A DNA stretch of 63,753 nt, filler included, from Octopus bimaculoides (GCF_001194135.2; 5 parts of 5 records of this genome joined end to end with filler, not necessarily neighbours in it), one strand, 5' to 3'. Shown: positions 36,452 through 49,674, numbered from the whole stretch's first letter. Program-made: numbers and translations. The notes: generated by a model from the letters alone, not told the origin.

Positions 36452-36945
36452 AAAGGGTTTTCAATCCAATATTAACGTGCTGTTATTTATGGCTGCATGC
36501 ATTGTACTTCGAGATATTCCGAAAAAAAGAATTATTTCACGTTCTCTCAAAAGCTTATAAATTTGTCGAGGAAATCGAAGGATTGCTTTGGTCAAATAGC
36601 AGAACATCTGTCATGTCGATAGGAGGAGAGGGTTCCAGTTTCACAAGCCGCTTTCAACTGCTTTCATTCCAAAGGGTTGTTCAAAACCCAATATTTACAT
36701 GCTGTTATTTATAAGTTTTATGTCTGCTTCGAGATCCTCTGTCCCCCTCAAAAAAAACAGTTATTTTACGTTCTGTCGAAAGTTTATAAAATCCTTATGA
36801 CGTCAAAAACATTATGACGTCAACAAATTTTATTTGACAGGAAACGGTCTATAACTGCTACTGTTTGTTCGAGAAAAAACATCTTTCTGTATATCACTTC
36901 CGGTCAAATAAACATCCTTTCGTAGATGACTTCCGGTCTACTATA
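36452..36945 (+). repeat. Two tandem copies of the 5900-6052 family plus CRE/ETS-like motifs
   Basis: Copies at 36452-36560 and 36671-36792; TGACGTCA at 36798 and 36815; ACTTCCGG twice near 36897 and 36930. Confidence 0.6.
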
Positions 36946-37056
36946 ACTAAACGTATATCAGGGAAATGTGTAGCTAAACGCCGAAACAGTTATGGCGATC
37001 TGTGATAGATCTGATGATGGCGACCATGGTCAAAATATATGTTCTTGAGAATTTGC

Positions 37057-37263
37057 CTATTTTCCGAAAAATTTAAGAATGATGTATATAATTATATATA
37101 CGTATACACATATATATATATTCATATATATATATATATATATACGTATATATATATATTCATACATATATATACGTATATATATATATTCATACATATA
37201 TATACGTATATATATATTCATATATATATATACGTATATACATATATTCATATATATATATAC

Positions 37264-37324
<61 letters not shown>

Positions 37325-37390
37325 TACATGCATATATATACGTATATATACATATATATACATACATGCATATATATATATATATGTATA
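37057..37390. repeat. Degenerate (TA)n tract
   Basis: TA tract interrupted by TACG/TTCA units. Confidence 0.95.
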
Positions 37391-37706
37391 ATGTTATACA
37401 AATTTGGTGAAGGTTGTATAATGACCTGTATGCTTGTGTATGTGCATGCAAATATACACATATATATATATCTATGTATATGTGTGTCTCTCAGGGCGTG
37501 TGTGTATATAAATATATACTTTCGGAGAGAATTGGTAAATTCAATATATGGTCGACATCATTTGCTTTATTCCGCGTAAGAGAAACTCGAGACTGACACT
37601 GCAGAGATAGACGGGAGAAAATGTACGGGGTAGAATGGGTGTACATCTACATACATACGTACGTACATACAAGCATCCACATAGATATACACATTAACTT
37701 CATACA

Positions 37707-37760
<54 letters not shown>

Positions 37761-37790
37761 CACACACACATATATATATACATATATATA

Positions 37791-37946
37791 AATCGAAGTG
37801 TACAATATAATATATCAATTACAGCCGATCTTACCAATCGGTTTCGCGCACTAGGGGTTCAACGGACTGTCAGGTAGCAGTCTGATTATGTACCTCTGTG
37901 CTGATCAGAGATAGCTGTTGTGGAATGAAGTATGGCGACTGCTGTG
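37791..37946 (-). mobile_element. ~155-bp solo element between TA tracts carrying a hammerhead
   Basis: Non-repetitive segment flanked by TA microsatellites; mostly occupied by an HHR fold. Confidence 0.55.
37821..37918 (-). ncRNA. Type-I hammerhead fold with long stem II
   Basis: Stem I ACAGCTATCT/AGAT(C)GGCTGT; core CTGATCA; stem II GCAC-AGAGGT/ACCCCTAGTGC with inner GACTG/CAGTC hairpin; GAAA-C-CGATTG-G-TA|. Confidence 0.65.
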
Positions 37947-37977
37947 TATATATATACATACATATATATATACATAC

Positions 37978-38036
<59 letters not shown>

Positions 38037-38149
38037 NNNNNNNNNNNNNNNNNNNNNNNNNNNNNNNNNNNNNNNNNNNNTTAATTAATTAANNNNNNNN
38101 NNNNNNNNNNNNNNNNNNNNNNNNNNNNNNNNNNNNCCCCCCCCCCCCC

Positions 38150-38240
38150 ACAGCACTTGACACCGATGCTGGTGTGTTTACGTCCCCGTAACTTTGCAGT
38201 TCGGCAAAAGTGGCGGATAGAATAAGTACTACACTTACAA
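38150..38240 (-). repeat. Repeat family B, partial
   Basis: CACTTGACACCGATGCTGGTGTGTTTACGTCCCCGTAAC..GGATAGAATAAGTAC. Confidence 0.75.
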
Positions 38241-38244
38241 AGTT

Positions 38245-38665
38245 ACCACCACAAAGAAATGATCAAGCTAAATAACGATCTGTTAAGCAACAATTACCCC
38301 AAGATTATAGTATCCACTCCAACTATGAAGAAAAGAGACGATGAAACCCATAAACTAACCACAGTCTGTCTACCCTATGTGAAAGGCCTCTCGGAGAAGA
38401 TACAAAAGATATGCGGCTCATATGACATCAGGACAGTAATACAACATTTCGCAAAAATCTCTTTACTGCGTGTACTCCATCCTATGCAGCTGTCGTAGGT
38501 TATACAAAGGCGAAACATGCCGCCCCTCAAAATGAGGGTAGATGAACATCGCAAAGCTGTCATACGAGGAGATATTGATAAATCGGATATAGCTGATCAT
38601 GTATGGGAAAATAGAGACCACCTCCCCCTGTGGGATGAAGCTAAAATAATAGACAGAGAACGATT
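38245..38665 (+). mobile_element. Penelope-like GIY-YIG endonuclease fragment
   Basis: CLPYVKGLSEKIQKIC..VYSILCSCRRLYKGETCRPLKMRVDEHRKAV..DIADHVW. Confidence 0.85.
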
Positions 38666-39822
38666 AGTAGTGGTGTAAAACAGTCAATATAACTGTTGCT
38701 ACTTTATGTGCTATTTAGCAATATTTCTTGGGCGCTGATGACTGTAATATCCTCACACAATGAAAAGATCTTCAAACCCTTATAAATAAAATTCCATTGA
38801 CTATCCTCAAGTTAGACATCTCAATAAATCTTGATAACACTTTTACTTTATGAATCGTATCCTGGAAAGTCTTGCATAGTTCCTAAAATAAAGATACGTT
38901 CCGGGATATTGAAAAGTCTTGGAACTGAGATTACAAACCTTGAAGACTGAATAGCAAAGAAAATTCAGAAATTTCATTATATTCTGAACGGTGTATAAAA
39001 ACGACTGGAATATGTGTTGGAACGTGCTTTTAATCTCTTTTGTTGTATAGATGTATAAGATGGACGTCTTGTTCTAACTTCGATAGCTTCTGCTTACAGC
39101 CAAGAGCGAGTAAATGATATTAGAGTTTTGGAGTTATTAAATCTTATATTCGTTGATGTTCTCTTCATCATGAGTTGAGCAGGTCATAAATTCGCGTGCA
39201 TTATAAAAGAATCAAAAACTGTGCACTGTATGGAGGACGGACTATGTGCTTGAAGAAGTTCTCTACACAAACAATTAAAATATTAAGACTACCTTAAGTG
39301 ATCTGGAAACAAAATGAATATTCATGACAGCAGACGGTAATAAATACAATCATCAAGAAAAAATATATTACATGTGACTAAGTATTTTGATGAAAATCAT
39401 ATTTAATATGTGACAATGAAAGGAAAACACATAATGTTACTCCATAGATATTCTTTCGAAGTTACAAATGTTTATCTCTTTCTAAGGCTTATAATGTTAG
39501 GTATTCTAGGCCACACGAGCCAAAGCAAGCAATAGATCATACCCACAGAAACGAAAATACGACTAGCAACCATTTAATTAATGTTGGTCTAAAGAGTCTA
39601 GGTCTACATAAAATACCAGTTGACATGATACTGCATTGCATTTAACTGAGAAAACACATTTACGCAAACACATTGTCCAAATGACTTTGCAATTTAAGAT
39701 AATCGTAACTATTCCTGCACATTCACTTAACTGAACAAAGATGTATGTAGATTCTACCATATGTGATTGAAAGTTCTTTAGAGTATCTATTTACATATAT
39801 ACATATACATACATACATACAT

Positions 39823-39866
<44 letters not shown>

Positions 39867-41281
39867 TGCATATATATAACCGTGAGTTGGTTTGCGCTAC
39901 TACCACTCAAATAAGAACTCAATACAGGATGACCGAGGAGGAAGAATTTATGGAAGTAATTAAATGAAACCTTTCTATACCTCACAGTGAGAAGTACTTT
40001 CATCCTGACCAGAGGTCATTGTGAGTCATTGAACCGACCAATTACTTCTATAATATTAGATATATATATATTTATATGTTTGTGTATTTCACGCATATAT
40101 AGATATATATATATATATAAGATACGTCTATATTTATATGTATATGGATGTATATCTGTGCATATATACATAGATACACACATACACATATGTATATATA
40201 TGCATACATACATATATATACACATACATACACATATATATTATATATATGTATAAATACATATATATATACACATATATATATATATATAGATATATAC
40301 ATATACATATANNNNNNNNNNNNNNNNNNNNNNNNNNNNNNNNNNNNNNNNNNNNNNNNNNNNNNNNNNNNNNNNNNNNNNNNNNNNNNNNNNNNNNNNN
40401 NNNNNNNNNNNNNNNNNNNNATATATATACCTAATACATACCTAATACATACCTAATACCTAATACATAAAACATTACAGAGATACATGATTAGTTTTGA
40501 TATGAATGAATCGTTTTAGGTTAAGAAGATTGAAAGTTAAAGAAGGAATAAGTTCAGAATTCTTAGAATCGCCATATCGATTCTCTGTTCAATAATAATA
40601 ATCAGCAGCAGCAGCAGGAGTAGCAACATCAGTAGGTGACGTCATTCAGGCTGTCGTGTCGTAAACAGATTATGAAATTCTGTCCAAATACCACCAGCCA
40701 TGATGGAAGATTGATAATAAATCACTGGTCTAGAGATAACGACGACGACACACACCAGTAACGGAGTCTGTCAACATCAACATGACTAGCAAAAACCACC
40801 ATCGCAATCACCACCACCACAACAATAACAACACCAACATCCACCAACTCCGTCACAAACGGCGCCATAGTCGCGCACTAGTCCTCCTTCTCCTGTCCTC
40901 CTGCTCCACCACCACCACTACCACTATCACCACCTACTTCTACTACTACCACCACTACCACAACCAACAAAAACAGCACTACTACATTATGACTACCATC
41001 ACCACCACACCACCACCACCACCACAACTACACCTACTACTACTACTATTACTGCTGTTGCTGTTACTACTACAGCTACTACTACCACTAACGCCACTAC
41101 TACTACTAGTAGAGTCTAGCTATTGTAGGAATGACTGAAATCACGTCTACCTTTCAGTTTCTATACATGTATACGTTGTGTACGTGCGAGGATATGACGA
41201 CTTGAGATTGAGCATAGAATCAACGACACAACTTCTAATTTACCAAATATGTCAATAGTATGGAGGACATATTTTGACTGT

Positions 41282-41313
<32 letters not shown>

Positions 41314-42403
41314 GAGCGAGAGAAAGAGAGTAAGGTCAGAGTGAGAAATTTATGGATGCATACAATCGCTTCAGAAATATGTTTGCTGAGACACTGAAAG
41401 AGAAAAAGGAAAAGAGGGAAAGATGAACCTATATGCTTTTATGCGCATATACATAAGATAAGCTAACATGGATATTCAAAAATATGTGCAAACCTCTGAA
41501 TAGAATTCTTTTATAAATGTTTGTATTTCGAAACTCAGAATATACCATACATTGAAATGAAGTTTTGCCAATTACTAATTTTATATGCATTTTACTTCCT
41601 TAACTTCTATGTACTGCTTCTGATAATCTTCACTATATAATGGGCGTGAGTAAATATACACAGTGAAAAATTTAGTGGTTAGTCAATGAAAATAAACTGA
41701 AAGCCACGGATAAAGAAGAGAGAAGAAAAATACCGTTTAAATATTTCTTCTTTTTATCTTTTCAGCATTATAGATAAAATATTTATTCTACATGTCATGA
41801 AATTAAAATTGCTCTAACACAATACTGTGCCAATACTTTCTCACACATAATGGAGAGAGAGAGAGAGCCACCCACTGCTCTCGCTTCGTTTGGCTTGTTT
41901 TGTTTTCTGCTTTTCCAATTATGTAATTCTTTTCTTTCGTTTTAATCTTTTTTTGTTTTGTAAATGTACTACTTGATGTTGTTCTTGTAGTTACCATTGT
42001 TTTTCTTGTTGATGCAGTTATATTCTTTCTGCTATTTTTTTATGTTATTCTTTACGATTAGAGCACCTCGGCTTGGAACGTAAAGAAACGCCAGAAACTG
42101 CTGATAAAACCCAGCATGAATGAATCAAAGAGGAAAAGTAATTTCTCAAATAGTTCTATGAATGTATAGAAAACAATGTTTATGTTTCTTCTCTCCTGTG
42201 TTGTTCTGAATCACCAGTTCCATTATGTTCCATTTGTTAAGAATTATGACAGTACACTTCTGTAAGTAATCCTGTAAAAATCTAATCATATCACTTTCTA
42301 ATTCAACCTCGTCGTTGGTAGAGCAACTTAATTCATAAAACTCCCTTTAATTTGATAACAATACTTTGGATAAAATGCACTTTTCATGTGTGTATATATA
42401 TAT

Positions 42404-42597
42404 GGGAGAATATACGAAAAAACAACAACAGACGAGGACAGGTGGTGTAAATAACAAAAGGATGTATTAGTATGACGCTCGGGAATACGGAAAGTCTTTG
42501 ACGTTTCGAGCTACGCTCTTCAACAGAAAGAATACGGAGACAAGGAGAAAAACACGGAGAAAGAAAATTGAATAGTGTTCAGTCACCGGTCAATCAT
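42404..42597 (-). mobile_element. ~190-bp solo PLE-type terminal repeat carrying a minimal hammerhead
   Basis: Flanked by (AAT)n/(TA)n and (TA)n; minus-strand end ..CCC|ATATA like 15535-15896. Confidence 0.6.
42495..42531 (-). ncRNA. Minimal type-I hammerhead fold
   Basis: TCTTT-CTGTTGA-A-GAG-CGTAG-CTC-GAAA-CG-TC|AAAGA; stems intact, GUC triplet, A6>U. Confidence 0.75.
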
Positions 42598-43528
42598 AAT
42601 AATAATAATAATATATATATATATATATANNNNNNNNNNNNNNNNNNNNNNNNNNNNNNNNNNNNNNNNNNNNNNNNNNNNNNNNNNNNNNNNNNNNNNN
42701 NNNNNNNNNNNNNNNNNNNNNNNNNNNNNNNNNNNNNNNNNNNNNNNNNNNNNNNNNNNNNNNNNNNNNNNNNNNNNNNNNNNNNNNNNNNNNNNNNNNN
42801 NNNNNNNNNNNNNNNNNNNNNNNNNNNNNNNNNNNNNNNNNNNNNNNNNNNNNNNNNNNNNNNNNNNNNNNNNNNNNNNNNNNNNNNNNNNNNNNNNNNN
42901 NNNNNNNNNNNNNNNNNNNNNNNNNNNNNNNNNNNNNNNNNNNNNNNNNNNNNNNNNNNNNNNNNNNNNNNNNNNNNNNNNNNNNNNNNNNNNNNNNNNN
43001 NNNNNNNNNNNNNNNNNNNNNNNNNNNNNNNNNNNNNNNNNNNNNNNNNNNNNNNNNNNNNNNNNNNNNNNNNNNNNNNNNNNNNNNNNNNNNNNNNNNN
43101 NNNNNNNNNNNNNNNNNNNNNNNNNNNNNNNNNNNNNNNNNNNNNNNNNNNNNNNNNNNNNNNNNNNNNNNNNNNNNNNNNNNNNNNNNNNNNNNNNNNN
43201 NNNNNNNNNNNNNNNNNNNNNNNNNNNNNNNNNNNNNNNNNNNNNNNNNNNNNNNNNNNNNNNNNNNNNNNNNNNNNNNNNNNNNNNNNNNNNNNNNNNN
43301 NNNNNNNNNNNNNNNNNNNNNNNNNNNNNNNNNNNNNNNNNNNNNNNNNNNNNNNNNNNNNNNNNNNNNNNNNNNNNNNNNNNNNNNNNNNNNNNNNNNN
43401 NNNNNNNNNNNNNNNNNNNNNNNNNNNNNNNNNNNNNNNNNNNNNNNNNNNNNNNNNNNNNNNNNNNNNNNNNNNNNNNNNNNNNNNNNNNNNNNNNNNN
43501 NNNNNNNNNNNNNNNNNNNNNNNNNNNN

Positions 43529-43563
<35 letters not shown>

Positions 43564-44009
43564 GAGAGATAATATTCTGGTAGTGTAATCATATACAGAG
43601 ATTCTAAAAAACTCACTGGGTGGTCAGAATCTTAAGTGACGAGTTTTATATCCACTTAATATATCTGGTACACGTAATGTCTTCCCAACACAAGCCCCTT
43701 CACGGGGGGTTGAAATCAACGGTACAAGTAAATGTAACAGTGAGTAGCTGAGCAGTACCCGCACTGTTTACGGAACTTGTGTGAACACAAACCATCTACA
43801 CATCGATGTATAGACCTGTTGAGAATTAAACACTTGTCTTTAGCGTAACCCAGCATTGTTCACGGTATACAACGCATCAACCATCTCTTTGGCATTTCAG
43901 CATCCTGCTGACTCAGTCGTTACTTCCTGCATATTGACTTTGAATACACTCTAAGTAGAGGAAGAACGAACATATCTACTCAATCGCATAAGTCATTTGT
44001 TTCTTTCAT

Positions 44010-44220
44010 CTATCTTTTATCGTTTAGCCGTTTCAGTCAGTAGATAACGGCCATGCTGGGGCTCCACCTTGAAGAAATTTGGCCAAATGAATCGACACTT
44101 GTACCTTTCTTTTAAAGCCTGGTACTTATTCGGTCGGTGTCTTTTGCCAAACCGCTAACTTACGGGGACTAAACAAACCAACACCGGCTGTCAAGCAGTG
44201 AGAGGTAGGGACAAACATAC
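44010..44220 (+). repeat. Repeat family B
   Basis: GTTTCAGTCA..GGCCATGCTGGGG..GGTACTTATTC..TGTCAAGC, then (CA)n. Confidence 0.8.
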
Positions 44221-44280
44221 ACACACATACACACACCCTCACGCACACACACACACACACACACCGCCATACATTATGTA

Positions 44281-44330
<50 letters not shown>

Positions 44331-44344
44331 TGTGTCTCTGTGTG

Positions 44345-44520
44345 TCTTTGTGTCTGTGTTAGACCTCCACGGCCACTTGACAACTGGTTTTGGTGTATTT
44401 TCGTTCCCGTTACTTAGCGCTTAGGTAAAACAAGCCAATGGAATAAGTACCAAAATTATTCAGTGCGGTGCTCCAGCATGGCCGCAGTCTAATGACTGAA
44501 ACAAGTAAAAGATAAAAGAT
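44345..44520 (-). repeat. Repeat family B, inverted partner of 44010-44220
   Basis: CACTTGACAAC..CCAGCATGGCCGCAGTCTAATGACTGAAACAAGTAAAAGATA. Confidence 0.8.
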
Positions 44521-44616
44521 ACCCGTTCTGTCTCTCTGTCAACTTTTCTCCGTGTAAAATAAATTACAAAAGATAATTATTCAGTAATCCTTCAGTTTAT
44601 TATATAACTTAACATC

Positions 44617-44807
44617 AGGCGACAGTGCAAAATGCTGCCTTGCATTTCGTTCGTCATTACGTTCTGAGTTCAAAGTTCACCGAGGTCGGCTTTGCCTTTC
44701 ATTCTTTCGGGGTCGATAAAATATGTAGCAGGTAAGCACTAGGGTAGATGCAATATACTCACTTCCTCATGCCCAAAATTGCTGACCTTGTGCCAAAAGT
44801 TGAAACC
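44617..44807 (+). mobile_element. SINE family A
   Basis: CGTTCTGAGTTCAAA..GAGGTCGGCTTTGCCTTTC..CCTTGTGCCAAAA. Confidence 0.8.
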
Positions 44808-46685
44808 ACAATTAATGAGGAATATTGGATTTGAGTGATCTAGTAAGCATACTTTTCCGAATTCTCCCTTGTACCTGCAATTTCTCTCAGACATTTTATA
44901 GTAATCATTGAAAAACAAAAAAAAATTGAAACCGGTTTGGTATTTCAATAAAATTGTTACAAAATTTAAAAGCTAGAACACGTTTTAAGACTCAGGTGCA
45001 TTTTCGACACCCAAAACCAACTCTTCGATATTCTTCCCTGTGTGGAAATATACCTCTTTTTTTTCATACAAAGACGCACAAATGTACACACACGTGCAGT
45101 GAGACGAGGAGGATGTGGAAGAAAGAGATATTACGGAATTTCACACAGTTCCCATCTTTTACAGTAATCGATACTGAATTGAATATTTTTACATTAATTC
45201 TATCGAATACGTGATACTAAATTCTAATTCAATAACTATCTATGGTTTGAGAAAGGTTAAGTAGAATCAAGCTAGTCTTACACTTACTGTCTTATCTGCA
45301 TTTGTATTAAAGTATTTGGCAGCATTGAGTAAATTCACGGCTCAGCAACGGTAGCCAAATGTGTCCTATAAATAACTGAATGATATCTTCTCGAAATATA
45401 TTAAAAGTTTTATTGTACTCCGGAGTAAAGATATCGACAGTATCGAAAAGAGAGACATCTGAATTAATCACATCCAGCTTAATTTCATTTATCTATCTCT
45501 AAATGGGAAATGAGAGTAGCTATGACATGAGAGTTCGTTGAAAGCTGAAGACATAAATCTTTGGATCAAGTTTAACTTCCATCATAATAGCCTTCATATT
45601 ACTGAGCTTCGAACAAATGTAGTTATCTCTATTGAAAAATGACAGCTATAAATTTGTGCACAGGGGATCTGTCGTCAGGAAGAAAGCAGATACAAATCTG
45701 TCTTGTTTTATCTTTAGATAACTTTTACAAGATATACAGAGGGTTTCCATTTTAATCTTCGAAAGTTAGCTAATATTGGATGAAATGTGTTACGTTTTTC
45801 TCGTTCTTAAACCATTAAAAATACATATCTTTACGCAAATGTTCATTTATTTGCATACCATCAAAATCACATACATGCACGTTTCTGTCTCCATATGCAC
45901 AAAGGCAAAACGTATAGAAAGTGAGTCAAGCAAACAGTCTATGATTGGCAGCTAGAGAGATGAAATGCAAAATTAACTATGGCGTGATTTAAACATGTAA
46001 CATAAAAAGAGCCAGACCAAGAAACTCTAGTGGTAGAAATAAAGCAGAGAAAAAGATGAGTTTGTTCATTACTTCAGCGATATAACAGTGAGAAAGTAAT
46101 AAAAAAAAATTACCCATACACACACACAGATATATATCCTATGTATCTGCGTGATAGAGACAACTTTTTAAGATTTGAGCGAGAATTTCAATCCTCCATG
46201 AATATATGTGTATAAATACATTTATCTTGACTAGATAAATGCTCATACATGCATTCTTACAATTCTCTATTAACGTTATATGATAATTGCAAACGCACTT
46301 AAGTAGCAAAGCAGATGTTAACCTTCTTGATGTAATAAACCAAGAAATTTTAATTAAGTAAAATTACACTTTTACTGATAAAAGTAATCACTTTTAAAAT
46401 AGCTAATTATTGTAAAAAACGGTGAGGTCACAGTTTTCATAATTAACTAATTATAGTCAAAAAGGCGGGGACACATTTAGACACGAATTATTTCTAGAAG
46501 TTTTTCAAATGGAACCACATTTTTCTAATATATGTTCTCCGCAAATTGTCTCTAATTTAGGCAGAAGACCGGCAATTTTGAAGGGAGGGGATAGACTCTT
46601 AAACATTTACTAAAATAATTAAATGCACCGATGATTATCTGTATAGACATGAATTCATAATCATGAGATGGAAGCTGCAGTGAAA

Positions 46686-46985
46686 GCGCGTGGCTTAGTA
46701 GTTTGGGTATTCGGCTGATGATCGTAAGTTTGTGCGCTCGATTACTGGCCGTGCGTTGTGTCCTTGTGTATGTCACTTTATTGAACGTTGCTACAGTCCA
46801 CTCACCTGAAAAAAAAATGTGTAATACCTATAATTCATATTCGTCACATTCTATGTCACGCTGAATCTTGCCAAGGACTATTTTAAGGGGACGGGTATTT
46901 GGAAAGTACTCTTCCACGTGCACATTAATTACACGCGCAGGCTGTTCCGTTGATCAGCTCAACTGGAATACTCGTCATCGTAACC
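46686..46985 (+). mobile_element. tRNA-derived SINE family D
   Basis: GCGTGGCTTAGTAG head, GTGTCCTTG box and family D tail. Confidence 0.7.
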
Positions 46986-47496
46986 GTTTCAAAGTAGTTG
47001 TGTTTAAATTTTCTTCTCTTTGGTTGTAGAGGATATGTTCACTTGTGTTGGCAGCTGACCTATTTTTTTCTTTCGATGCTCCAAATAACTATATGGGGCT
47101 TGCTTTCTTCACACAGAAGGTTTGATGGGAAGGCAAGGCCAGTATTCCTTCTGTTGGTATGTATTCATGTATTTAATAACTATCGTGATGTCTATATTTA
47201 TCCCAACGCCCGTTTTCCCGCCCACCTTGGGATAAATATTGTTTTAGCTACATCATCTCACAATGGAAGATAGCACATTGAGAATATTTTGGGCCATATA
47301 CTGATCGCACGTGCAATGTCTTCCATAAAGGAGTGGCATAATCTACACATACGATTTGTCATCAGGGTTTAAGAGTTTCACTTCTCTCTTTTGTTTATTA
47401 TATATTCCGCAGAAGCACAACTTTCGAGATGTTGCGTGATGAGACGGTCACGACGTGAAGAAGGACTACACCTCATATTAATATTATCATCCTTCT

Positions 47497-47692
47497 GGTG
47501 GCGAGCTAGCAGTAACGTTAGTAAAAGATGGGCAAAATGCTTAGCGGCATTTCGCCCATCTTCACGTATCGCCGAGGTCGATTTAAGCTTTCAACCTTCA
47601 AGGTTGATAAAATAAGTACCAGTTAGCACTATAGTCGATGTAACCAACTTATCCCCTCTTCGAAATTGCTGGCCTTGTGGAAAAATTTGAAA
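47497..47692 (+). mobile_element. SINE family A
   Basis: GGCGAGCTAGCAG..GCTTAGCGGCATTTCG..GCTGGCCTTGTG. Confidence 0.8.
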
Positions 47693-47924
47693 TTAATATT
47701 ATCTTCCTTCTTGAATTTTACCGGAAATATACTCATACATAACTTTTTGTGTTATGTAGAGTGATTTTCATCCAAACTCTTCTCAAGGTACGTTCTTCCT
47801 ACAATTCTGGAGTCACATAAGAGGTCATCGAGAAATGAGTACTACTTGCGGAGTTCACTGCTGATCCATACTATTGTTTTCACTCTTGAGCACTCTTTTG
47901 ATGTATTTATTCTTTCTACCGTTG

Positions 47925-48290
47925 TTTATTAATCTCTGCCTAAACGGTAATAAACGATACTCAAAGTCTGTTTGCACTGATCTAAATCGTCTTCCTGTCG
48001 CTTTTCCTTTCAGATATTCTATCAATATCACTACTTCGCTGGTAGATTGCAGATGATCTCAGAATCTTGCTAGTTTTATTGTTTGTGTAGCAAGTTAGAG
48101 ACCAAAGAAATATCCCAAATGCTGTCATCAACAGTGGTTCTGCAAATATCTTGTGGAATATTGCTTTCTATGACGATACTTCTGACTCTCGAAATTAGAC
48201 TTCTAAAATATTCTTTGGTTTCACAATCCTTCTTCACAACATCTTTGTATGTTATGCTCCTATCAATACTTAGCCCTCGTGGTGTGGAAC
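47925..48290 (-). mobile_element. R4/Dong-like LINE post-RT fragment
   Basis: LSIDRSITYKDVV..TKEYFR..TSKILRSS..SDIDRI(Y)LKGKATGRRFRSVQTDFE. Confidence 0.65.
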
Positions 48291-48719
48291 AGTGGAGATA
48301 GCAATACTTTGATTCAAAAGGTTTAGGTAAGGAAATAATTTTTCAAATATGAAATTACTTTGTTTTGTTTTGTTTTCTGCCCAAATTCCATCCCTGGGAA
48401 AATATTCTTGAATTTTCCAGCTGCTTTCAGCACTTTATGTATGTATGTATGTATGTATGTATGTATGTATGTATGTATGTATACCTGCATGTGACTGTGT
48501 TTGTATGCACTATTCATCAATACGTGCTGCAAGCAACAAAGAATTAAGAGATACAAAACAATGGCAAATGTTAAAATTCAAGTCAAGGAACTGCGTATTA
48601 CATTGGTCAAATGTTTCTACAAAAAACTGATTGAAATATGTTGGAATATCGGGGATATGTGTTTGAACCAGCTAAGGAAGGCTGAAGTAGTGCGTCAAAC
48701 AAAAATAACTTGAGATAAT

Positions 48720-48800
48720 AGATTTCAACTCGGTTACGTTCATTCAGACTCACTTTAGTCCTCATTTTGACATTGATAAAATAAGTACCAGATAAACAAA
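48720..48800 (-). mobile_element. SINE family A, partial
   Basis: Contains TTGATAAAATAAGTACCAG and other fragments of the family A body; orientation less certain. Confidence 0.4.
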
Positions 48801-49640
48801 GAGCGGGTTCAACATAATCCACGAGAAATATTTGATGACTGTTATCCAGTATGGCTGCGATCCAGTGAATATACATAGAAAATAATAAACCAGCGAAAAA
48901 ATAATCTGGGAATCGAAAACGTCACAAACATGTATCATGGAGACACATGCCTGCTATATAATATAATATCATTTTTAGGAACATCTGTCCCAAACAATTT
49001 TTAACTAGTCTAGCAAGCTACTATCAAATCCGAACCAGTCATACATTCTAGAATTCATTTATTATATCAGCATGACAACACTGAGTGGTTTCGATCGTAG
49101 AATGTTTAAAATCTATTCCAGCGCACTCATCAACAAGCTTAACTCGAACTAACTTGGCATTGGAAGTTTACAGACTGCCCAGTAATCCAATCATTTCTAT
49201 TTTTATCTGGTTCACTTGTTATCTCTGTATAATCTCTTAGGTATAACATAAAGGACAGTAGATTGCTTGGACTTAGACTCATGTGAGGACACTTAATATT
49301 GGTTCATACTTATAAACATAATACGCACACACATAGATGTACATACATTGGTACGTGCACACAATCACGCACACATACTCACATACACATACTCACATAC
49401 ACATGCGTACACAAACACGCACGCACACAGGAACATACACACACTGACATACGCATGCATGAACATACACACACAAATGCACACGCATGCGTAGACGTAA
49501 ACTGGACAAGAACAGCTACGGATTGATTCAGAGCATGTATATGACAAACATGTAGCCAGTTTACATATACATCGACACAACTGTACAGGTTTATATATGT
49601 GTATGTGCGTGGATATATATATATATATATNNNNNNNNNN

Positions 49641-49674
<34 letters not shown>

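Noticed and set aside
37011-37050. CTGATGA followed by palindrome GACCATGGTC
   Set aside because: No GAAA and no stem I pairing, so not callable as a hammerhead.
39985-40050. AGAAGTA/TACTTCT inverted repeat with hammerhead-like fragments
   Set aside because: Needs several core changes on either strand and lacks a proper stem II.
47117-47156. Splice-bounded micro-exon candidates (also 54974-55039)
   Set aside because: Good AG/GT signals and an open frame, but such hits are expected by chance in 50 kb and the peptides are unrecognisable.
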